Of a DNA stretch of 64,000 nucleotides, positions 54,507 to 64,000 are shown one piece after another. Each line of letters opens with the position of its first letter. Positions within the stretch are counted from its first letter, which is position 1. The translations under genes and the position numbers were made by a program. The DNA is from Eledone cirrhosa (lineage: Eukaryota), in assembly GCA_964016885.1 (NCBI GenBank), contig OZ024743.1, positions 27,838,001 to 27,902,000 of the forward strand, in the 5' to 3' direction. The notes beneath the pieces were generated by a model. It searched no databases. It was given only the letters and a program-made list of their open reading frames with translations, and was not told where the DNA came from.

Positions 54507-56700
54507 GGGCCTGAAATTTACACCTACACCACGTAAACCAAACTTCCCCGAAATGAAGGATGACATCATGGAATACTGCCGAAAGCTGCGACTAACGGAA
54601 TTCTTCCACAACGACACCAACACTGAAGACGAATCACTGGTTAGAAATAAAAGCAATTTCTGCCCACAAAAGGGAAGAAATAAAGCACTGGACACGTACT
54701 GCGAACACATCACCAACTTTCCCTATGAAAAAATTACAAATAAACACACGAAATCAAACCTATCTACACACGAATGGGAAGAATTATTCACACTTAGAAA
54801 CAACCCTGAGATAACTATCAAAGAAGCCGATAAAGGCAGTACTGTTGTCATTATGAATACGGACTACTATAGGACCCTCGCACTTAACATTTTAGAAAAC
54901 AACACATACTATGAAAAAACAGAAAACTACAAACACACCAAAACAATGGGGAACCTTTTAACCTTACTGAATAAATACCGCAACAGCTTAACCACAAAAG
55001 AGTTTAACTATATAAGCCACTTCAAATGCAATACAAGCTCTTTTTACGGCTTACCGAAACTCCACAAATGTAAACCCATAAACGATGCATGTGACACCTC
55101 AACCAACAATTACATTGAACTAACACCACCAGAAGACCTAAAACTCAGGCCAATTATAGCAGGCCCTACATGTGAAACCCACAGACTTAGCAACTTTCTG
55201 GACATCCTACTGAAACCCTTTCTACAACATATACAGAGCTACATACGAGATGACCTTGACATGCTGAAACACCTCCCTAAAACAGTAAGTGCAAATACAA
55301 TTCTTGTCTCCTTTGACGTAATAAACCTCTACACAAACATACCTCACAACTATGGAATAACAGCAGTCCAATACTGGCTTAACACACACCCATCAGAAAT
55401 ACCGACACGCATCAACACAGATTTTATCACTGACGGACTCCGCTTTATCCTACAAAATAACTACTTCACATTCAATGGTTCAACATACAGACAAGTATCA
55501 GGTACGACAATGGGCACGAAAGTAGCACCCACATATGCCAACCTAGTCATGGGATTCCATGAACAACAAATATACAGTCAGTCCCTTCTCTTATTTGGAG
55601 ACTCTTTCCACACACACCTCAAAGCCAATTGGAAAAGATATCTAGACGACTGCTTTATCCTATGGCAAGAAGACATGAACTCACTTACTACGTTTAAAAA
55701 CATGATAAACAACATAGATAATAACATACAATTCACAATGGAATCCAACCCTAAGCAATTAGCCTTCTTGGATATTCTCATCTCTGTAATAGACGGGAAA
55801 TTAGATACAGATATATTCTATAAACCCACAGATTCCAAGCAATACCTCTTTTTCACATCAAGTCACCCAAAACATACAAAACTTAACATTCCTTACAATT
55901 TGGCCAAACGTATATGTACCATAGTATCAGATCCACCTAAACGGGAGCAAAGACTAAAGGAACTAAAAGACACCCTTATCTTAAGAGCCTTTCCACTTGA
56001 AATAATCAACAATGGAATAGACAGGGCAAAACACCTAAATCCCCATCAACTTAACAATCCAAAACAGAAAACCACACTCAACACCCTGCCATATGTATCC
56101 ACTTTCAACCCCAGAAATACCGAAATGTTTGATCACCTACACAAAAACCTCCCCATCCTACTTAAAGATGTAAAAATGAAATCTATTCTTGAAACACACA
56201 AGATCCTTAAAAGTAAAAGACAACCCAAATCACTTAAACGCATTCTCACTGGACCAAATATACCCAAACCAATCCTCAACCCTACAGTTACCAAATGTGG
56301 TAGAACAAACTGTGGAACGTGCCTCTACCTCACTGAAGGACAAACATTTACATTCAAAGATGGCCAAACATTTACAGTAAAAAACAATTTCACCTGCAAC
56401 TCGGAGAACTTGATTTACGCAATAACTTGCGGTGGGTGCAAACACAACTACATAGGACAGACGGGCACCTCATTACGCAAAAGAATGACCATCCACCGCC
56501 AACAAATCCGGGACGCTAACACAAGAAAAATCCCCTTGAGCAGCCATATTGCGAACTGCGCAGGAATGACACTACCCAACTTTAAAATCTTCCCCTTCTA
56601 CAAGTGCTCAGATTCGTTCACACAGCAACAAAGAATAAACAAAGAAAATCTATTCCTTAACAAATTTAAACCAAAACTAAACGGGTTATCACCCCAATAG
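54433..56700 (+). CDS. PLE reverse transcriptase + GIY-YIG endonuclease
   Basis: IINLS..LSKGLKFTP, EADKG, FYGLPKLHK, SFDVINLYTNIP, GTTMGT..PTYANL, RYLDD, KCGRTNCGTC, NLIYAITC..NYIGQT. Confidence 0.93.
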   Translation, partial: PQEKPKIINLSKTPLTNTQINILSKGLKFTPTPRKPNFPEMKDDIMEYCRKLRLTEFFHNDTNTEDESLVRNKSNFCPQKGRNKALDTYCEHITNFPYEKITNKHTKSNLSTHEWEELFTLRNNPEITIKEADKGSTVVIMNTDYYRTLALNILENNTYYEKTENYKHTKTMGNLLTLLNKYRNSLTTKEFNYISHFKCNTSSFYGLPKLHKCKPINDACDTSTNNYIELTPPEDLKLRPIIAGPTCETHRLSNFLDILLKPFLQHIQSYIRDDLDMLKHLPKTVSANTILVSFDVINLYTNIPHNYGITAVQYWLNTHPSEIPTRINTDFITDGLRFILQNNYFTFNGSTYRQVSGTTMGTKVAPTYANLVMGFHEQQIYSQSLLLFGDSFHTHLKANWKRYLDDCFILWQEDMNSLTTFKNMINNIDNNIQFTMESNPKQLAFLDILISVIDGKLDTDIFYKPTDSKQYLFFTSSHPKHTKLNIPYNLAKRICTIVSDPPKREQRLKELKDTLILRAFPLEIINNGIDRAKHLNPHQLNNPKQKTTLNTLPYVSTFNPRNTEMFDHLHKNLPILLKDVKMKSILETHKILKSKRQPKSLKRILTGPNIPKPILNPTVTKCGRTNCGTCLYLTEGQTFTFKDGQTFTVKNNFTCNSENLIYAITCGGCKHNYIGQTGTSLRKRMTIHRQQIRDANTRKIPLSSHIANCAGMTLPNFKIFPFYKCSDSFTQQQRINKENLFLNKFKPKLNGLSPQ

Positions 56701-56995
56701 AATTGTCATAAAATATAAACACACATACGCACGGAATCACTACTATTAAAGACCAGAGACCAATTCTGTAGAATCAGGTTTATTCGTTGACAGACCATGC
56801 CTTTGTGTGACCAACACATCCATGTTAAACCCTGCACGTGCACACACATATATCTATATATATATGCGCACACAGAATTCACCACTGTCGGTTGCGGGGC
56901 CCAATCTACATGAAGAACTCAATGTGATCAGAATAACTTGTATTTTAATTTCACTGTCCCAACTTCTTATATTATGGAAAAAATATATGTGTCTG

Positions 56996-57031
<36 letters not shown>

Positions 57032-57062
57032 GAGGCCATTTCTCTGTGTGTGGGTGTATGTA

Positions 57063-57093
<31 letters not shown>

Positions 57094-57339
57094 ATGTGTG
57101 TGCATGTGGATGTATGTATTGTGTGTGCGTGTGTGTGTGTGTGTATGTATGTGTGTATCTGGATGTATGCGTATGTGTATATATATATATATATATGCGT
57201 GTGTGTGTGTATATATATGTGTGTGTATGTGTATATATATATGTGTGTGTGTGTATGTTTGTATGTGTGTATGTATATATATATATGTGTGTGTGTGTAT
57301 GTATGTGTGTATCTGGATGTATGTGTATGTATATATATA

Positions 57340-57374
<35 letters not shown>

Positions 57375-57455
57375 GTGTGTGTATGTGTATATATGTGTGT
57401 GTGTGTGTGTGTATGTATATGTATGTGTGTGTATATGTATATATATATATATATA

Positions 57456-57494
<39 letters not shown>

Positions 57495-57838
57495 GTATGT
57501 GTGGATGAAGGTATGTGTGTATATATAGGTGTAAGTGCACTAAATCCCTTTCTATCACGCTCCACTCTCCTACCCACCACAGGAAGATATGTGTATGTAT
57601 ATTGCTTCCACCCCCTCACTGACCAGCAGCTGGCCAGTTGGCGATTGCTAAATCTGACCTTTATAAAATAACCCACACCCCAAATAACTTCTCATTCACT
57701 ACCAGAAAGGGACACAGCAGTCAACCTGTTGTTGCTACCTAGATGAAAACTGCTATGAAATCCCACAATGAATTTTATACTTGAATTTTCAAACCTCAAA
57801 TTTTAACTTCGTATTATTAATTTTTCTTAATATTAATC

Positions 57839-57886
57839 AACATTTGAAAAGATAGCTTTTGCAGTCCCATCGAAACCGGTCATTTT
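57839..57886 (+). ncRNA. PLE 3' hammerhead motif (U3-A8 variant, weak stem I)
   Basis: AACAT TTGAAAA GAT..ATC GAAA CCGG TC ATTTT. Confidence 0.6.
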
Positions 57887-59171
57887 TTATACCCTTTATT
57901 ATTTCCTTACCTTATAAAATTATGTTTTTTCACAAAAAAGTATTCTGTCTCTTATATATTCCATGTGCCATTACCAACCTCAATTTTCTCTATAACCTTC
58001 GTTTTGTGTAGAAAATTACACTTTTCATATATATATATATATTACCGTCATTACTAATACAAGATTACAAGATTATGTCAACTGTTGACTTTCAAGAGTT
58101 TGTATAGTTGAAGCCGATCGTATTACAGTCCAGTATTACTATAATTGCTTTACAGCATAGAGTTATGGCTCTCCACGCTCTGAGCTCAAATCCCGCCGAG
58201 ATCAACCTTGCCCTTCATCCTCACAGAGTCAACAAAAGAGAGTACCAGTGATGCGCTGAGCCAGTCGCTGGATCCGTGCCAAAAGCAGAAAAATTATTAT
58301 TAAAGTTGTTTTCTTAAGGCACGGTCGCTGGTGATGGTGTTGGCGGCGGCGGTGGCGGTGTGGTGGTGGTGGCAGTTGATGTTGTTGTTGTGTTGTGTGT
58401 GTGTGTGTGTGTGTTTTGTTATTTTGAGTTTTTTTTTGTTTTTTTTCCTCTTCCCCTTTTCTTTTCTTTTCTTTTCCCTTCCTTTTTTTATGTTTTGATG
58501 CCGCTGTTGTTGTAAATGTTCATTTCAGTTCATTCTGAAGTTGTTGTTGCTGTATAAATTAGTGCCGGTGTTGTTGTTGTTGTAGATGTTGGGGTTGAAA
58601 TCTGGTCGTTTGACTGAGTGATGTATATACACACATATATATATACACATTCAACAGAGAGTAGAGAGTTTGACAACAGGTCGATGACTTTAGTCTATAT
58701 AGGGTATGGTATGGTAATGACATGTGATGGTGGGGAGAGAGTGTAGACGTTATTGTGGTGGTGGGGACAGTGAGATGTATCTAGTTCATTTGACCGTTTT
58801 CTTCTCTTAGCAAAATTTGAATTTTAGCCATGTTATATTGAGATGTAAGTAAATGTAAAATGTAAAATATAAATAAGGATTGCTCTGCTAAAATATACTA
58901 AAATATTTGTGTAACTTCCACAAACTTCTGTCGTGACATTCCCGAGTCCAGTGACCAACAAATTGTTGTATTTTGATGTTTCAGAATACAAAAATTAATT
59001 AAAAACTTACCCCACGAAAAGACAGCGTGTGTTGTCCTATCTATAAGCTCCCTCATACATACATACATACATACATACATACATACATACATACATACAT
59101 ACATACATACATACATACATACATACATACATACATACATACATACATACATACATACATACATACATACA

Positions 59172-60600
59172 TACAAAACAGTGGCTCACAATGTGTTTGC
59201 TGTGCCTGTCCTAACACCAACGTTTGGAATACTCAATTGGACGATAGACGAAATCCGAGCAGTTGATGTTGGAACTCGAAAAATACTAAACAACACCGGC
59301 AACTTCCACATCAACAGTGACATAGACCGCCTTTACTTGAAACGTAAGCAGGGAGGCAGAGGCCTAACATCAGTCCAGACAGCATTTGAATATCGCATCA
59401 TATCCCTCCGTCTCTCGAGCAAGTCTATCTGCATGAAACAGATAAGAGAGTTGGGAAGGAACTCCTCAAGAGATATTCCCTGTGTGATAATCAAAAACTC
59501 ACACCCAGGGATGTCGCTCAGAAGTATCGCAGTGAATCCATGGATGAAAAATTGCATGCTTATCAGCAAAAAATCTTGCATGGATATGTTGCCAGGAAGC
59601 TCTAGAGTGAGAGTAATATAGATAAGGAAAGTAGTCTATCTTGGACCAACAACCGCTATATTGGCTCCCACTTTGAAGGATACGCTTTTGCAATCCAGGA
59701 ACAGGAGATCAACACGAAATACTTGATTCACAAAAGAGATAGGGATGCAGGCAAAACACCTAGATGTGATAGCAAGTGCAGACGCTGCAGAATCAACATT
59801 GAAGATGTCACCTATGTCATCAGCAGCTGTCCAAAGATGTCATCGCGGTACTATCTACCTATGAGGAATTATGTAATGGCCAAAACACTGTACAATGCAA
59901 TCTGTAGAAAAGATATCCCCGATAATAAACACATTAAAAGCTACAGCAATGTGGAAGACATCTATATACATAATACGACAGAGTACTGGTGGAATGTTCC
60001 AGTAAAAACCCCAATAAAATGCAGGCGGAACAGACCAGATATTATGATATGGGACAGGGAAAAGAAAACATGCACATAGTGGAAGTTAACTGCCCAGCAG
60101 ATGCCAATATAATATCAAAGATTAGCGAAAAGGAGAATTTTATGCAGAACTGATGAGAAATCTGCAGATACTCCACTCTGATTACACCTTCAGATTTATG
60201 CCTGTGATTATTGGGGCACTGGGATATGTTAGTAACTGCCTCAATACAAATCTTGAGAAGCTAGGTTTCACAGGAACAGAAAGAACACTAGTTAGGAAAT
60301 TACAAGTACAATCCATTAATGGAACAGTAAAAATATGTAAAACATTCCAAATATTTTGCATCTAGTAACTGCATATACACATGTACAGATACAAAGCATA
60401 TATACACATGCACACATACAACTCAAAACATACACATCCACACATACAATAACATCCATATCTACACATGCATGCAGACACGCATACATATGTACCTAGT
60501 TGATGTTGTGTGAATTCCAATGAGAGTCTTGTGTCTATGTTAGAACCGACTCTCTCTCTCTATTGGGAAAACATTTGTGAAATTATAAAGCCAGAAGAAC
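59172..60600 (+). mobile_element. 5'-truncated R4/Dong-like element in (TACA)n
   Basis: RLYLKRKQGGRGL, AIQEQEI, CRRC..VISSCP, RPDIMIWD, FMPVIIGALG; frameshifted; TACA repeats on both sides. Confidence 0.88.
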
Positions 60601-60616
60601 ATACACACATACATAC

Positions 60617-60949
60617 ATGATAGCTGCCCCCCTCGTTGTCGAGTATGGCCATTGCACGATGTAAAATTATTAATAATTATCATTTAATGCTATCGATATT
60701 TTTTAAAGTGAGGAAAGTCTGTGCACTGAGCCAATCCCACTCTCTGAGCGACAGTAGCTATAACCCGAAAAGAAGAAAAGATCAACTTCCTCGGTAACTA
60801 CTGAGCCGTAGGTTTTATATCGGAGTTATCCCAGTTTCCTGAGATGCCTTCTCCTAGAAGAATGCCCTGACAAAGGCTAGGGGTCCTTCACTCCCAGTGG
60901 TTTAACCGCGCGATCGGGTATCCAGCCCGATTATTTCTATGTCTCCGCG

Positions 60950-61023
<74 letters not shown>

Positions 61024-61250
61024 TATATTCACACACATACATACATGTATATACATATTCACACATTTTTTTACTCTTATGAGTTCATCCGCCTTTTGTC
61101 AGGTTTTGTTTTTTGTCCTGCAGGGTATCCAAAATCACCCTCCTCACCAACTAAACTTGGTGGGGTTGCCGGTTTAGTCACCAACGACCCGACCATGCGA
61201 CGGGTTGTACTGGGTTACATGTTACCAGTAGCACTCAAGACTGACCCGAT
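60617..61250 (-). mobile_element. Subfamily B full copy with expanded internal (TA)n
   Basis: Homologous to 41453-42026. Confidence 0.85.
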
Positions 61251-61884
61251 ATAAACATACATTCATACATACATACAATATAACATACATACCTAATTTC
61301 AGTAAATCAGTATATAAATTTCCTTCACCGAAGTAGTGTTTTCACCAAAAGTCGAGCTTTGAAATGTTAGCAAAAGATTCGCCTAACCCATGCTAGCGAG
61401 GAAAATGGACGTTAATCAAAGATGATGATATAAATACAGTAGTAGTATTAATGTTGTAGCATTATCGGTAGAGATAGCGGTGTGTTGCTGAAAGTTTAAA
61501 CACTTAGTTCTAGAACTTTAATCTCTTTTTAGTATTATAAATTCATTTTTCAAAGTTGAAAGTAGAAAGCGTAGAAGGAATGAAAGTTATATTTACCTAG
61601 TTCTGTTGTTGATTAGAAATAAAAATTGGTTTTGGGGAAATTATAAAGTATTGTGATAATAAAATCTGTACAAGCTATATAAAAAAAAATGTCTTTTATT
61701 CATTGTATTGATTTACGGAAATTTGTCTTGAAAAGTTACCATTTCATGACAAGGGGTTATTAAGGTTGAACATTTTGAATAAAAACGATGTCTTACATGT
61801 TTTTATTATATGCATTGTTCGGTTGTAAATAATCAATTCTAAATTTATTATACATGATCACATAGCTTGAGAATTGCCTCCAAA

Positions 61885-61922
<38 letters not shown>

Positions 61923-62059
61923 TGATAGTCAGTTGTACTGAGACCGAGAAGACCACAAATCAGAGAAGTACTCGCTACATGGTATGATGCAGAGTGGGTG
62001 CATTAATAAAAGTAAAGGATCGATTGCGGTTTCGGCTAGGAGAGTTATTAACTGAAACC

Positions 62060-62495
62060 TTTAGGTCTCTGTCCCTCATTATCGCTGCCATGTCCTGCGT
62101 CTCCAACAGACCAGTGTCTGTTCTTAGGGCATCAACATACGTTAACCTTGGTCTTCCTCTTTCAGTGTGACCATGCTGGGGCTCCCACAGGAGCACTGAG
62201 TGCAATGTCAACTCTGGATGTCGGTGAGCATGTCCAGCTAACCTCAGTCTCCTCTGTGTCACTTTTGAGTTGACTGTTGGGAGGCTCCCATACAGCTCTG
62301 AGGTTTCATCCTCAGTGTATACTGATTAATGTTCAGAGCCATCCTCATCATTCTTGTGTAGCACCCATCCACCATCTGAGTGAGTCTCTTGGTCAGTGTC
62401 CAAGTCTCAGACCCGTACAGCAGCACAGACTCCACTACAGCAATGAAGAGGTGGATCTTCAGGTCCTCACGAAGGTCCGACTTCCACACCGATCT
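62060..62495 (-). pseudogene. RTE/RTEX-type LINE 3' fragment
   Basis: VESVLLYGSETWTLT..RRLRLAGH..LLWEP..RGRPRLTYVD. Confidence 0.8.
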
Positions 62496-62546
<51 letters not shown>

Positions 62547-62620
62547 TATCCCTGGTTCAGTCGGGGGTAACCACAGTAAGCAAGGTACTCAATACAAAGC
62601 AGAGTATAAATATTTAATAC

Positions 62621-62736
62621 AGAAAAGCTTCCACAGGACTAGAACTGTTTCATTAGTGAGAAATCATCAGGTGTCATCAGGGCTTCCTGGTGATTTCTCA
62701 CTAATGAAACAGTTCTAGTCCTGTGGAAGCTTTTCT
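62621..62736. repeat. Palindrome containing a degenerate hammerhead core
   Basis: Arms AGAAAAGCTTCCACAGGACTAGAACTGTTTCATTAG.. and reverse complement; CTGATGA..GAAAC..GTC on the minus strand with poor stems. Confidence 0.75.
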
Positions 62737-62779
62737 CTCTCTCTCTACATATATATATATATATATACTAATAATAATG

Positions 62780-62965
62780 ATTTCTATTATAGGCACAAGG
62801 CCAGTAATTTGAGGGATGGGAACATCGATGAACATTACTGGTGCTTTATTCTATCGAGGCAAAGTTAACCTCGGCGGGATTTGAACTCAGACTGTAAAGA
62901 ATCGTAACTCTATGCAGCAAAGCATGGTGTCCGATTCTCCACCGATACTGCCAATCCACCGCCCT
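62780..62965 (-). mobile_element. SINE family 2
   Basis: Reverse-complement similarity to 1797-1985. Confidence 0.8.
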
Positions 62966-63357
62966 TATATATACTAATAATAATAATAAATAAAAAGGGC
63001 GAGGTGTTAGATCTTCCTTACATTTATTGAGGTGTGACGCGCGTTTCGGTATTGACCAGCTCAAGGCTCGATCTGTATTGATTTGGCTCGACTCTGGGAT
63101 CGAAAACTCGTCGCACTTCTGTCATATATATATAAACCTATGGTGTTGGAAATTCTTAACGGAGAATCGAAATCAGATTGCAGTATTATTTCATCGGTAT
63201 CTTACATAACATTCTATGTACAAATTTGCATGTCATCAATGAAATTGACAGATGCTTATATCTATTTCATTTCAGACAAATGATGATTAATTTCCCAGGA
63301 AAAATTATAAGATGCTGGAATCTTGCTTTCTGCGTATAAATTTGTTTTGTATTATTT

Positions 63358-63545
63358 CGCGGTGGATTGGCAGTATCGGTAGAGGGTCGGACGCCATGCT
63401 TTCCAGCATAGTTACGTCCCTTTACGATCTGAGTTCAAATCCCGCCGAGGTTGACTTTGCCTTTCATCCTTACGGGGTCGATAAAATAAAGTACTAGTAA
63501 TGCACTGGGTAATTGCTGGCCTTGTGCCTAAAGTAGAAACAATTA
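63358..63545 (+). mobile_element. SINE family 2, full length
   Basis: Nearly identical to 1797-1985; ATTATTTC occurs on both flanks. Confidence 0.85.
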
Positions 63546-64000
63546 TTTCAAGAGATTATTTTCATAGACAACTTTATACGTCTATCATTTATTTGGCATT
63601 TACAGACCACTGATTTCTGACATTATTCTAGGGAGATTATTTCGTAAGAGTTGTAGACATTTTCAAGTATTCTCTTTCCTCTGTTATTTAGAATGTTACG
63701 CTTTGTGTCTATTCAATTTGATCAAAATAAATAAAATGGAAGTCAACACAACAATCCCAGTTACACAGGAAATTAGACCTAACATACAAGCATCTTCCCA
63801 CACCACGTACAACGCTGATCGAAATTCAAGAACACAAAGGTGACCCAATCATGCAGTAAAAGCTAGTAGGAATCTGTTGGAAAGATACAGTAATAACTTA
63901 TTTTTCTACGTTTCTACTTCTGCTTCTAAATTTTGAATGCGTAGCTTAATATATAATTCCTGAATATCAGTGTAGTGGTATATCAATTAGTATATCAATT

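Larger units (their letters stand above)
53280..58027 (+). mobile_element. Penelope-like element (Neptune-type architecture) between (TA)n tracts
   Basis: N-terminal ORF, RT, Cys-rich linker, GIY-YIG and a long 3' region with a hammerhead motif. Confidence 0.88.

Overview
AT-rich eukaryotic (metazoan) DNA, almost entirely transposon and microsatellite sequence; no host protein-coding gene can be supported. The SINE and LINE types resemble cephalopod (octopus-like) repeats, which is an inference. Near-full-length elements: an R4/Dong-clade RLE retrotransposon in (TAA)n (45044-48530), an RTE LINE with three C-terminal C2H2 fingers (minus, 49154-53060, probable 3' tail displaced to 44951-44991), a Penelope-like element (PLE, RT + GIY-YIG, 53280-58027) and an ORF1-only Tx1/L1-like element in (GATA)n (16390-17981). 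Around them are eleven ORF-less bipartite RTE derivatives in (TACA)n, two SINE families, DNA-transposon relics and many short palindromic inserts in (TA)n. Most notable: (1) complementary RTE 5'UTR and 3'UTR segments that bracket the ORF and form the junction of the ORF-less derivatives; (2) at least eight hand-identified hammerhead ribozyme motifs, several with a U3-A8 core covariation; (3) a T-TTT-TTA slippery site between the two PLE ORFs; (4) apparent partitioning of microsatellite types among element families. All alignments and folds were done by eye.
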